Assembly (NCBI GenBank): GCA_973895155.1
Contig: OZ316896.1
Span: 13,310,549 to 13,374,548 of the forward strand
Direction: 5' to 3'
From: Marsupella aquatica
Lineage: Eukaryota > Plantae > Marchantiophyta
Length of the DNA stretch: 64,000 nucleotides
This document shows positions 15,601-27,801 of the stretch, one piece after another. The position numbers and the translations under genes were made by a program. Below the pieces are notes generated by a model, which was not told the origin of the DNA, made no database searches, and was given only the letters and a program-made list of their open reading frames with translations. Positions within the stretch are counted from its first letter, which is position 1. Each line of letters opens with the position of its first letter.

Positions 15601-17238
15601 CCCTGTGACGAGCAATGAACACTCGTTTGTACAGCAGTATGGACATGAACTGCAAGAAGCGAATGACTGGTGTATGAAATATCGCCGCACTGGCAAAGAC
15701 TCTGAACTGACTCAAGCATGGGATCTTTATTATCATGTGTTCAAGCGGATCAACAAGCAGCTCCCTAGCCTCACAACCTTAGAGTTGCAGTCTGTGTCAC
15801 CAGAACTCGTATCCGCAGGCCCTCTAGAGCTTGCTGTTCCTGGGACTTATCGTGTTGGGTTTCCTGAGGTGACTATAGCTAGTTTTGCGCCTCAGCTTGT
15901 TGTGATAACGTCCAAGCAGCGACCGCGGAGATGCACCATAAATGGCAGCGATGGGGAAGAATATGCTTTCCTCCTCAAAGGTCATGAGGATTTGCGGCAG
16001 GATGAACGAGTTATGCAGCTCTTTGGACTGGTAAATACTTTACTGGCGAATTCGCGCCTCACAGCAGAGAAAGATCTCTCAATCCAGCGCTATTCAGTCA
16101 TTCCATTGTCACCCAATAGCGGTCTGATAGGATGGGTTCCCAACTGTGACACATTGCATACCCTCATTCGTGAATACAGAGATGCAAGGAAGATGCCAGT
16201 AAATATGGAACATCGTCTTATGTTGGCCTTTGCACCTGATTATGAGCATTTGACGCTGATGGCAAAGGTTGAAGTGTTTGAACATGCACTGGACAAAACG
16301 CCTGGAAATGACCTCGCAAAGGTGCTGTGGCTGAAAAGCAGGAGCTCAGAGGTCTGGCTTGATCGCCGGACCAACTATACTAGAAGTCTTGCTGTCATGA
16401 GTATGGTGGGCTATCTATTGGGTCTTGGTGACAGGCATCCAAGCAACCTAATGTTAGATCGATACAGTGGAAAAATTCTGCACATTGATTTTGGGGATTG
16501 CTTTGAGGCATCCATGAACAGGGAGAAGTTCCCAGAGAAGGTTCCGTTTAGGTTGACTCGTATGCTAGTGAAAGCCATGGAGGTCAGTGAAATTGAGGGA
16601 AATTTCAGGTCAACATGTGAAAGTACGATGAAAGTCCTGCGTACAAACAAAGAAAGCGTCCAAGCAATGATGGAGGCGTTTGTGCATGATCCGTTAATCA
16701 ACTGGCGACTCTTTAATCTGAATGAGATTCCTCACATACAAGCCCATCCCAAAGGTGGGAACATGGACGAGACATCAAGCACTGCAAATGTCCCCTCGCC
16801 TCCTGGACGTGTTGCTCGAGAGCGTGAATTGTTGCACGCTGTTGGACAGTTTGGGGATGCAAACGAAGTACTGATTGAGCGTGCACTGGCTGTCATGAGC
16901 CGCATGAGTAATAAGTTGACGGGGCGAGACTTTAGTCCCATCTCTTCAGTCGGTGGCATTGCATCGCTAGCTGGGAGCCATATCTTGGATCGTTCCATTG
17001 TGGGTGACGTACATGATGTGGAACCGGGACTGACTGTGAAAGTTCAAGTGCAGAAGCTTATCACACAAGCCACATCACCTGAAAATCTCTGCCAGAGTTA
17101 TGTTGGGTATGTCAGTCACTCTTCTACTAGTCTTTTACTGTTTGTTTTTCTTTTCGAAGGTGACTTTTTTGGAATTGTTTGTCCATGTTAGTCTTATCTA
17201 GTGGTTGTGAAAATCGCAGGTGGTGCCCATTCTGGTAG
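680..17238 (+). CDS. TOR: Target of rapamycin Ser/Thr kinase (PIKK family), multi-exon, 5' part outside window
   Basis: HEAT-repeat exons ([53 protein letters not shown]), FAT ([21 protein letters not shown]), FRB ([19 protein letters not shown]...[12 protein letters not shown]), kinase ([31 protein letters not shown]) and FATC (LCQSYVG/WCPFW stop). Exons traced by splice sites and frame: 680-839, 1263-1406, 1518-1687, 1955-2162, 2632-2850, 2949-3101, 3331-3452, 3684-3783, 4048-4143, 4630-4760, 4891-4993, 5468-5662, 5931-6023, 6520-6555, 6767-6865, 7131-7229, 7371-7533, 7646-7779, 8079-8131, 8243-8366, 8681-8878, 9458-9610, 9992-10144, 10348-10419, 10925-11053, 11395-11456, 11609-11703, 12103-12212, 12349-12525, 12681-12746, 13095-13163, 13335-13439, 13539-13679, 13924-14058, 14327-14498, 14907-17106, 17220-17238. 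Confidence 0.98.
1688..1954 (+). other. Non-canonical GC-AG intron of TOR
   Basis: The exon ends ACC AG|GCATGT and the next starts TACAG|T CTA CCT TCT. Only this junction keeps the frame and rebuilds [14 protein letters not shown]; the nearby GT at about 1692 gives the wrong phase. Confidence 0.75.
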
Positions 17239-18952
17239 GTTGAAGGAACAAGGTTCAGCTTTGCACCTACAAATTTTGGCCAGGTCTGTACGTGGGTGGA
17301 TGAGTTTGCCTTCGTGACTTGGCGGATGAGCACATGCTGCAGTCATGCCAATGTGGCTCATCTAACGAAGCATCCAGTACGAATTTCTACGACTTTGTGG
17401 ACTTTCGTGCTTCTGCTCTGGCCTGAAAAGTTAGAGAAAGACTTGCAGAGGGGCAAATAAGATGGTGGAGCCCTAGTTGACTGCAAGTGTTGGCTCCATA
17501 TAGAGTTGTGATTGCAAAATGTTGGCCTGAACTCCAGTGACTGTGGGCTCCTTATTTTGAGGATCTTGTACTCTGATTCCTCGAGCACCGGAAGAACAAT
17601 ATCCTACAGACTGGATTTGAATGGTCTTTCTCCAGGTTTGGGAGCAAAGGACACATCATAGTTTTTCACGACGAAAGCATTGGCCCCGAGGTTCTCTGAA
17701 TAGCCCAAAGCTTGTTCAGGTGGTCAGCAATTACGAAGATTTTCTTTGTCCGGTTCGAAACAAGATATAGAAGATGGCAGGTGCAAGGAAGTTCTTATCA
17801 AGAAGCTTGTGCATTTGTGAATATGTATATACGAGATATCTGTATCATGACAGTATTGCGGGAATATGTTGCGACACATATCTGGAATCTTAAAGAATTC
17901 CTGTGGACCTTCTATGTCTAGTTTATCCTGGAATTTGTTTGGAGCTCCTCCGACGACAGGGAATCACCGGCTACTCACACCCCTTCGTGCGTTCGTGGCA
18001 GTTAATTGGGCTCCGATGGAAACCCAGTTGACCAGAAGTTGACTGGAACTGGGAATCAGGATGTGTGGTCTCTCTCTAGCTCACATGCGAGGCCCACTGA
18101 TTTTTTGAGAAATACCAGCAAGAGGGTTGATGTTAGAGCACATTTGTGGAATGAGGACAGGGCCAGGATGCAATTGGAGAAGTACTCCTGTTCAATCGAA
18201 TTTGCCACGACTTATATTTATTTTTACTTCTGCCATGATGCATAGCTCATCTCCCTGGCTAGGCAAGTGACACAGGCCATACGGAGAAAAACCTGGCGAA
18301 CCAGCGTGCTTATAGTAAAGGAAATTTTCACATACTAAACTTGGTTCTCTTGAGTTTCAGTGTAACGCAGAGAGACCGTAAGAAGGGTCTGCTTCCAGGA
18401 CCAAGGACAATTTTTTGATCACCAGGGAGATGGATAATGTTCTAAACCTGCTACAGTGCTGATACGGTGGAATTGCTTCTCGACAGAAATAGAAGTAAGT
18501 GACCACAACGGTTGCCTTTTGGTACAGTTACATGAATTCTATTCGGGTTCACATCAGTTATTTCTCAGATAATAAGGACCTGGTCTACATCAGATCACTC
18601 CTCGAGTGGAGGAATCGCTAGTCCATAGGGATTTCTGTGTAGGGGGACCTCAAGTCCTCTGAGATTTTTGTGTACAGACTGTAATCTATTTTCGGTACAA
18701 AATCGCACCTCCGAAAGTGGGGCAAACCACCAGAAATGCAGTGGGATTCCTTGGTCATGGATCATTTTGCTTTGCAGTCATCGAAGACTGACATTGGGCA
18801 TAACAAAACAAGGGAAAGCATATCTCAATGTTCTGTCGTTTCTTCTTATCGATTCTTCGCTGCTGCTCTCCATACTCTCCAGCCATTTGGTATTATTATC
18901 CCCATTTCATTGTAGTGTGGCACTAACTAAAACAGGTTGTTAATGATGATGG

Positions 18953-18969
18953 CCCTAAACCCTAAACCC
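18953..18969 (+). repeat. Short telomere-type repeat (CCCTAAA x2, telo-box-like)
   Basis: ccctaaaccctaaaccc; a similar tagggtttagggtt lies in a TOR intron at about 10671-10684. Confidence 0.4.
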
Positions 18970-19242
18970 ACCCATGTTGGATGGACCCTAAAAAATCCAG
19001 TTTGAGATGTACCATGGGGCACCTTAGTAGGGGTTCAAGGTTGATATTAAAACACAACTACCAATATAAAGTGCACACCTGTAGTTGCACTAGGAATGGA
19101 CTCATAGGGGTCTCAAAGCTTAGAAATTAGGGATGATGGCATTGGGATGATGGCATTGGGTCGGTCATAAAGAATAGGTCATAACTTGGAAATTACGGAT
19201 GCTGGCATGGTCATAAAGAGTTGGTCATAACTTGAAAATTTT

Positions 19243-22200
19243 GAGTGATATGCTCAATAGACCCCCTTCACGAGAAACTTTACTTGATCAGTCCCCTCCA
19301 AACTTTTTTGCCCCAATCAACCCCCTCATTATGGCCCGTACTCTTTTCTCCCGTGTAAGGTGGTTTCCCCCGTGTAAAGGCCATACTGCACAGTTGGGAG
19401 CCATGCCACCACGCAGGGTCGCCTCCCACAGTCGACCACGCGACTCCGCTGCAGTCGGGCCGTAACTACGAGGTTTTGCGTTCTCGCACTATGGTCCCTT
19501 ATGAGCGTGAATACTTCATGGTTTATGTCTTCAACAAAATTTCTATTTTAGGGCGCACATTGTTGGGGCGCTTTAGGGTCAAGCGTGCAGTAATCAGGCA
19601 ACGGGACCTCGTAATTAGAAGTCAAAATCGGGCATTTGCCCATCCACGCCGCCACGATCAACATTAGGGTTATGTTACACGAATGCAAATACATTGACAT
19701 GATTGTATTCTATTTGTAAACTGATCTCCGCATTTTTTAATATCCTCCCATCCCAACTTTTGTCCATGCTCGATAACAAGTACACTCAACTTTCCACGAG
19801 GCGCACGACGCACGCACTTGCCACCATCGATTGCATAGGAAAACAAGGTACTATTGTGTAGATGTTAGAATGTGTAAACTGAAGGCGCAAACAATGTCAG
19901 GAAACAACGTCAGTTCATGGGCTGCAGAGCCCTTTTGCATGTGGCTTAGTAAATGTTTTTGAGCTTTACGTTAAATGGACATGACTAACCTCTGCACAAT
20001 ACTCATATGCACATTGAAGTACAGGATGGCAAATGATGTAAGTGACATCAATCTTTGGCGTCGAGGGGATGTCTGTGAGGTGGACATTCCTGATTCTGAC
20101 AGACAATCACCACAAAGAGCAAGGCGGGGAACAACACGAAGACATCTGAAAAATCTGAAATCAATCCTGGATGGGAAGAGTCTCGAAGAAGGTGAATCTA
20201 CTGTGCTTCAAGTTAGTATAAATTGGAGGATTTGTTTGCCTTAAGTATGAAGTTGCTCCCGTATGAATCATAAGTTTTGCACTGTTGAAGTTGTTGCACC
20301 CGTAGACGTTCTTCATTATGTATTCTACAATGCTCTTGACAGTGGAAGCAGAGGCAGCTTGCATTCATCTGGGCGAGCGTTTTAGCAATTTTGATGAATT
20401 TGATAGATGTTTGGACTCATGGGCTGTGATGCATGGCCGAGTAGTGTATAGACTTAAAACCTCCCCCAATTTTCGAACAAGGGTTTGCCGATTTAGTAAG
20501 ATTGCTCATCGACATGAAAGGAAGTCAAGTGGTGACATCAGACCTGGGCCAGACAATTCTGAATGTAGTGATAGTTCAGAAGATGAAGATTCACTGTATA
20601 TCCATGAATTGGATGATGAAGATGAACATGAATCAGATTGGCACTATAACAGTCGTTACGGTGAGTATAGTGGGTTCCGTGACAGAGGAATGACATCCAA
20701 ACCAAGGGGGACACGAAGGACACACAATGCCTATGCAGAACCAGTATTGACAGCGGAAGAGGTAAAGCTTTTGAAGAGTCCATACCAATATCATTGTGGT
20801 TTTTTTGAAGGGTTAGAAATGTAATACTTGTCACTCTGTGTTTTGATGCATGGTATGTTTGTGCTACCATTGCAGATGGAAGACCGTGAGTTTCAAATTG
20901 CTATTCAACAGATGGCAGGATCAACAAACCAGTCTGGAGCAATTGTTCTCACAAATGCTCCACAAGTATACCTCAACCGAAATGTCTTCTTTGCATTTTA
21001 CCATCAATGTTTTGTATACAACGGCATGAGTGTCTTCTATGTTTCATATAAACATCCCCATTGTGGTGTGTATTTTGTATACAATGACACCATTGTCTTC
21101 TATGTTTCCATATACAATAACATGAATATGTTGTGTGTGGATTGCAATAGGAGGTTCATGCACCCCTTGGACCTCTGGATCCAAACTGTCTCCAGAGGAA
21201 CACAACGATGGCAAAGAAACCACACACAGTAGTGCAGCATAGCAGTGTGTGGCTACCTGGGTCACATGCCCTTGGCACGGTAAAAGTAAGGAAGATTTCT
21301 ACCACAGGAGTATGCAGGGAGTTTTCTAGGTTTAGGCCCCCGCCAGAGTACGATGAAGATGGTTTTGATTGTTCAGCCCACTGCCCATTCAGGGTCCGAT
21401 GTCACAGGCAAGCTCACAGCGGGGCTCATATCATTACTGTGTGTGAGCTGAAACACAATTTTCCAGCATCTAAACACAAGTGGAGGGGCCCAACACAAAA
21501 GGCAGTGTGGTTAGGAGACACACTGGCGCCTGGCTAGAGTGTGTAGAAATCTGAAGGTGCCGGTCAAAGAACTACTCTGCGGATTTCAAGGGGATTATAA
21601 AAAGAACAGCACTTACCACCAAATGTGGCAAGCAAAAGACTATGTACGGGATCTGCACCTTGGTGGGCAAGAAGACACGTTTCAAATGATTCCAACATTA
21701 ATTGCCAGGGTGAGAGAGACTGACCCTGGTGCAGTGGCAATCTGGTCCCCAATGGAAAACTCCAACGTTTTCTGTCGAGTATTCATTTGCCCATTAGCTA
21801 CACAAAAAGCATGTACCTACATTCAACCTCTCATCTCTCTTGATGCATGTCATACAAAGAACAGGAAGTACCCCACTCAACTGTTCTTAACTACATGTTT
21901 GGATGGAAATGGCCAATGATTGATTCTATGTTACGCAGTAGCTCTAGTTGAGAACACAGATAATTGGATCTGGTTTCTGGAATTGGTAGATAGATCACTC
22001 TACGGCATTGAATCGCCTCACATGCCACTCATATCAGACCGACAGAAAGGTCTACTTGCCGCTGTGAGTTACGTGTGGCCAGGTAAGATACATGCAGCAT
22101 GTGCAAACCACCTGAGAGCTAATGTCAAGAACAGGCATCGCAAAGTAGCAACATATATTTTTACAGGATGCACATATGCCAACGATAAAAGACAGTAAGT

Positions 22201-22655
22201 CCAAAAACCTTCATTGCTTTGATTCTACATACATTTGTCTTCTTATGTATACACCGCATACTCAGTGTTCAATACAGTAATATTACCTCTCCTTGAATAC
22301 AGAATGTGAAGTACATTCTGAATACACTCATGTCAATGTATTCTAATTAATTAGCATAAGATAACCCTAATGTTGATAGTGGCGGCGCGGAGGTGCAAGG
22401 CCCGATTTTCACCTCTAACTACGAGGTCCCGTTGGTAATGGATCTTAGCACGGTCACTGTGATTTTTGCCTGGTTAATGCGTGGTTGAATGGGTACTGTG
22501 AAAGTCACCCAGTAAGGCTGAAAACTGTGCAGTATGGCCTTACACGGGGGAAAAGGGTACATGCCATAATGAGGGGGCTGATTGGGGCAAAAAAGTTTGG
22601 AGGGGGCTGATCAAGTAAAATTTCTCCTGAAGGGGGTCTATTGAGCATATCCCTC
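19243..22655 (+). mobile_element. Mutator-like (MULE) DNA transposon with long TIRs, decayed
   Basis: The left end GAGTGATATGCTCAATAGACCCCCTTCA... matches the reverse complement of the right end ...TGAAGGGGGTCTATTGAGCATATCCCTC over more than 100 bp. A second inverted block pairs about 19600-19675 with 22360-22435. Transposase remnants lie inside. The TSD is only degenerate (tgaaaatttt / tgaagaatgt). Confidence 0.9.
20026..22198 (+). pseudogene. MuDR/MULE transposase pseudogene
   Basis: Fragments: GERFSNFDEF..WAV..Y.LKTS...RVC and CPFRVRC...HNF (WRKY-GCM1-like DNA-binding domain), ISLDACH, ENTDNWIWFL, LISDRQKGLLAAV, HAACANHL (CxxH). There is a stop plus frameshift at about 21535-21539, an in-frame TGA at 21917-21919, and the C-terminal catalytic E/SWIM part is missing. 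Confidence 0.88.
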
Positions 22656-24095
22656 TGAAGAATGTATACATTGAAAAGGAAATGTATATATCAGTATACT
22701 TAGAATATTCTTAAAACTCTTCTAGAGTAAGTTTGGAAAGAATCCCAAAATACTTGAAACTGAAGCCCTTATGGACCTAAATTATTGAGAAGATGTACAG
22801 ATGGACAAGCACAACCCAGAGAAGATGTCCAGATGGACAAGCACAACCCAGATGGACTGCAGAAATAATTGAACTCAGATAGCACTGCTTGTCGGTAAAA
22901 CAAAACACTCTTTCCTGTCAACATAACATGTTCCATTGCCAGCCTCAAGGTTCATGGGAGTAGTTCACCAAATATTAAGTTCCTAATTATATTGCTACCG
23001 TAGTGGGGCCCAAAAATTCTAGACTTATTCTTTAATTGTCCAAAGGGCAGTAAGGTGTTAGGGTCCATTCGGGTTGCAGGATTCATGGGAGTGGTCCATC
23101 GAGCCTTACCTTCCTAAGTATTGTGTTAATGGGGCCCAAATTCGAGGAATGATTTATTTATTTTTTCATTGCCTACATTGCAGTACGGTAGTGGGGTCCT
23201 GTGGGTCGCTGTTTTGGCAGCGGTGACATAACTATCCTCCCCCCCATCTAATAAAAAAAACACACCGAATCGGATTGTGATGAGTGTAGTGACGTTGTGT
23301 GCATAGGATAGCAGAGAACAAGGAAAAAATAAATGAAGAAAAGGAATTGATTAACTGAAGCTCCGTAACAGACTCCAACCAAGCTGACGCGTGACAACTT
23401 CTGTGCTGCATTTAAAATTCTCGTTACTGTACCCGTTACAAAAGTGACTGCGTCTGCCTACCCTTTACATGGGCGACAGTAGTAATGAGCAAGCACGAGT
23501 AAGCAATCGCTTCGGGTGGGGGTTCCATGGACGTATTTCCTGGGGGTTCGGGGTATCCGAGCATTTTTAAGCACGAGTCACCGATTGATCAGGGGTCTGG
23601 GTTCCATGGATAGGAAGGGTACTGAGGGTGACGGTATCCTCCCTCTTAATTGGGGTTTTCAGAGACTCTACCTCATCCACCCCTCCCTCAACTTCAGTTG
23701 TGTGTCCAGAGTGATAGTCTAGACTGTAGGCCCGAAAGAATAGTTTTTGATCATGATTGTATAACTAGATGCCCAAAAGGAAAAAAAAGAAGCAATAGGC
23801 CCAGCTTCTTGTAAACCAACCTTAAGACACCGTTTGGTAGATAGTTGACCTATGAAAGTAGTGATTGTTTTAGGGCCATTTTTACAAATTTTTTTTTTTG
23901 GTAGCAGAGCCTGTGTGCAAACTTGCTTTACACAGTGCCTCATTCTTGACAAAAAGTGACACTACATGACAAAAGCAACAAAAGGAAAGATTTGCATGAA
24001 AACATCTTTTGCAACCAAATCCATGAAAAAATGTTTTTCAAAAGAAACACCAACACGTACTAAAGGAATGAGCTAACTCATGTAGTAACCTATGG

Positions 24096-24475
24096 CCCAA
24101 AGGGGGTTGTGGGTGGTAATCCTTGAGGGCAGTGAGTCCAAAGGGGGTTGTGGGAGGTAATCCTTGAGGGCAGTGAGCCCAAAGGGGCTACAACCATGGC
24201 CATCGATAGGAGATGGATTAACAAAATAGGCTGAATACAAATTTTCATTATTTTTGACTTAAAAGTTGTGCCTTAAATTGGATAAACCTCTAGGCTGACT
24301 GGCCAAGAGCGAGAATCTCATAACCCCCTACCAGGCCAAAACTCATAAACTCTTCCATAGACAAACAAAAGTAATGCCCGAAATCGGATAACCCTCTAGG
24401 CTGGCTGGCCAGGGGCTAGAATTTCACAACCCCCATAGCAGGCCAAAACTCATAACTCCTCCATAGACAAACAGA
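24096..24475. repeat. Two adjacent short tandem duplications (about 40 bp and about 105 bp)
   Basis: caaagggggttgtggg(t/a)ggtaatccttgagggcagtgag x2; ggataa(a/c)cctctaggctg...caggccaaaactcataa...ccatagacaaaca x2. Confidence 0.7.
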
Positions 24476-25891
24476 GAGTAAAGTGAAGCAGGGATAGGTC
24501 TAACAAGAATAATTCCAAACCTACGGTAATATTTTCTAGAGGTCCTGTAGCGTTACCAAAACGACACCTCCCGCCTCCACGCTCCCTATTATTACTATTT
24601 CAGATTCAAATTCCTCCCCCACTCCCTATACTCCCTCTAGAGAAACTCCGACTCTCTACGGTCCCGTTGCTCTGATGGAGTGAGCAGTGATGGGCGACGA
24701 GGAATGGAAGTGCGGCCTCTCTGTCTCAGCGATGGTGTGCTTTTGGCACAGTGGTGGACGGCATCGAGATTGACGGAGGTGGTGGCAGTCTGCTGATGTA
24801 CAGTGGTCACTTGATCACACCCATGCGAGTGGACATTTATGCGTCAGGGTCTGGAGCAGTGGAGCTTGTCCGGAAGCATCGCTTGAATTTTGAAATCGAA
24901 GAGCTACCCCAGCTGAACTCTCTACTGACCGTGGAGGAGGAAACATTCTCAGCGATTATTGTTATTACTATTACTATTATGGCGATGGCGATGGCGATGC
25001 GCATTTGAGATTCGCTGCTGGGTCTGTCGGCGACACCACTGTAGTTCGTGCGGCGTCGTGGGTCTTCGATCGGCCGGAATTGGATGGGATTTTGGATTTT
25101 GGATTTTGGAGGTGCGTTTCTGTGGGCGAGGAGCTTTGTTTGAACGTTTGAAGTTGTGGATCGCTCTCTGTCGCACCTCGTTGCGGAGTACAAAGTTAGA
25201 AGCGCAGAAGATGGTGGAGGGCGCTGCTGCATTGGTGGTCGTTGGAGAGATATCGCCTCCCTTCTGCCGCTGCTGCTCGTTTCGGTGATGTCAAGCAATC
25301 GGCTGCCATCGTTTACTGTGAGAAGTTGGCTTGAGCGTGCTCTGCTCTCGATTGTGGAGCTCATGCACAGAGATCTCTGCATGACGAGAGGCAGAGGCAA
25401 TCAGACGCAGGACTGCGCATAGCTCACTAGAATGCTCGGTTCGGCGGAAGAGGAGACTCGTCTGGGATGGAGATAGAATAGCAGGGGGACACGGACAATT
25501 GGTTCGAAAGGTCCTGATCGAAAGCTGCGTCGAAATCTCCTGACCAGTGGCACTTCATTGTCTAGCTCTCCTGGCTCTGTCGACGGAAGAGTGCCCGAGT
25601 TGCCGATTTGATCTCCAGACTCGCGCGAAATTGAGTTCTGTTCCAGGTGCGATCACTACCCGCCAAGCGCAGTGTTCAAAAATCTGTTCTTCACATTATG
25701 GAGAGGCAATATTTGTGTCTCAACGGCAGTCTTCAGTGGGAGTGAGAACTACAGAGCAGCTAAGGGAGCTGGAGCTCTTTTCCGTGTGGTTCAAATCCGG
25801 ATAAGTAACTGCTTTGTAACGGTTCCCTTTCGTTTTGCATTGCAGGAGTGTTCGAGGGATCTAGCAGTGGATGTGAAAGGAATTCGAAGCT

Positions 25892-26665
25892 ATGCATATC
25901 CGACCAGCCGAGCCGGGTCAGCCCGATGGTCAACAGGTGAGAGTTCTACACCTTGGTGCTGTTTACGACATCATCTGGGCGGACTCTTCATTGGGAGTGA
26001 GTTGTCGAGTCACTGGTAAATTTCTGATTAATTCGATTAGATAACGTTGTTTTTGCGGTAGTAACATCAGACGTGGGGACAATTGGATCCAATGGACTCT
26101 AACATCGGGTCGTCTTGCCAACAGCGCGAACCCGGAACTGTTAGAAGGTTGCGCCTTGGAGGAAGCGCTTCTCGTGTCCCAGTTCAACCCTCGAAGAAAA
26201 CGGCAGAAACGGTAAGCTGTTTTGGTCGGCTTGTCGTAGGTGCATTCAGCAGTAGTTTTCGTGCGCAACCAATCTATCACCTGAATCGGTTCGTTCATTG
26301 CGTCACCATGTTCTCGATATGTTGCAATCAAAACTTCATCTGCCAAAATGTCTCTTCAAAATCTCGCTTTTAAAATCTTTGGTCAATTTGGTCACACGTA
26401 GATGTTGCTAATCACATGTTTCTATGCCGCGCTTTTGGTGTGTGACAGCCTCTGCGAGCTCTAGTCAATGCCATCGGCCAAAGTTTCAGCTCGAGAACGC
26501 CGTTGAGGGGCCAAACCGCTGGGACGAGGACACCATCTTCAGTGAAAAGTAGTCTCTTCTCCGCGGGTGGGAAAGCTTCATCTTCCACTCCAGCGGAAAA
26601 TACGCGGAGTAAGTCGTTGTTCTCATCAGAGAGTCGAAACAATGGGACTTCATCCGCCGCCGCAG

Positions 26666-26698
<33 letters not shown>

Positions 26699-27801
26699 GG
26701 TCAACAACAGCTGCTAGCAATTCATCGAGAGTTCCCTCCACTCCCAAATCCTCCAGAACCCAAGCTACTGCTGGTACACCGTCAAAAGTGCCTGCCACTC
26801 CTCTCTCGTCAAGATTACGGGCCCCTGCTGCTACGCCGTCCAACAGGCGAAGCTCCCTGTCCTCCTCTTCCTCTGGTTATTCTTCCAATTCAGCTTCTTC
26901 CAATTCATCAATGGTAAAACAGAGTTCCTCGTCCACTCCTTCAAGTAGGTACGTCCCTGCTACTCCATCAAGTAGACAGGTCCCTGCAACTCCATCAAGT
27001 AGACAGGTCCCTGCAACTCCATCAAGTAGACGGGTCCCTGCCACTCCATCAACAGCGTCAAGAAAATTAGACCCAGCTAACACCCCGGTGACCAAGAAAA
27101 CCACAATGCCTCCTCGGACTCCGACGACTCAAAACAATTCCAAGACATCATCCTCAAAACCTTCGTGCATTTCTCTGCCTACTCCCAGGAGGCCGACCGT
27201 CAATTCCACCCCGGGACCCAAACAGGCATCCACTCCTCAAGCGAGAAGTAAGAGCTTCTTCCCAACTACTCCAGTCTCAAAAAAACATACATCTGAGTAT
27301 CCTCCTACAACTCCAATTTCCGGAGTTGAATCGAACAACGGTTGCAGCACACCGTATGGCCAGAACAGCTCCAACCAAACCTTCTACACTCCCACGTCAA
27401 CTCTCCCTCTCACTCCCCTTCAGCACAGGAACTTCAACGTCCCCGACTCTTCCAGAAAGCTTCATTTTGGCATCAACGTGGTAGCGATGGTGGAGCAGGA
27501 AAACATGGGCCAAACTACACCTAGACCTGCCAGTACTGTAATCACTGAACCCACATTTTCCTTCGACAAGAATAGGCTGGCGTTGATCAAGGCCAGAAAG
27601 AATACTTCGCAGTTGCTCAAGTCTCCTGCTCTGCGATTAAGAGCTCCAGATCTTCACTCATGTCAGACTCCAACCAGAACTCCCGGGAGAGCTTTGCAGC
27701 AGGTTGCAGAAGATTGTTGTTCACAATTTGACGACGGTGCTGTCGTAACAGGTGCAAACCATAGCCCGGCCAGGAGGAGGGTCGCCAATTCGCTTTTCTA
27801 A
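25892..27801 (+). CDS. Ser/Thr/Pro/Arg-rich basic intrinsically disordered protein (about 512 aa, 3 coding exons); candidate microtubule-associated CDK substrate
   Basis: In-frame exons 25892-25936, 26071-26211 and 26449-27801 with CAG|GTGAGA, CAG, ACG|GTAAGC and GACAG splice sites. The last exon is a 450-codon open frame with VPATPSSR repeats. The start codon is uncertain (alternative ATG at 26092). Confidence 0.72.
26935..27053 (+). repeat. 27-bp coding tandem repeat (TPSSRxVPA, about 4.5 copies)
   Basis: Repeating actccatcaagtagacaggtccctgca units. Confidence 0.9.

Noticed and set aside
14822-17191. The 789-aa ORF as a stand-alone kinase gene or retrocopy
   Set aside because: Its first 28 and last about 27 codons are intronic; it splices in frame to upstream TOR exons and to the WCPFW exon.
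24650-25420. Overlapping ORFs on both strands (up to 187 aa)
   Set aside because: Low-complexity GC-rich sequence with no recognisable domain or consistent splice pattern; could be UTR, lncRNA or a transposon remnant.
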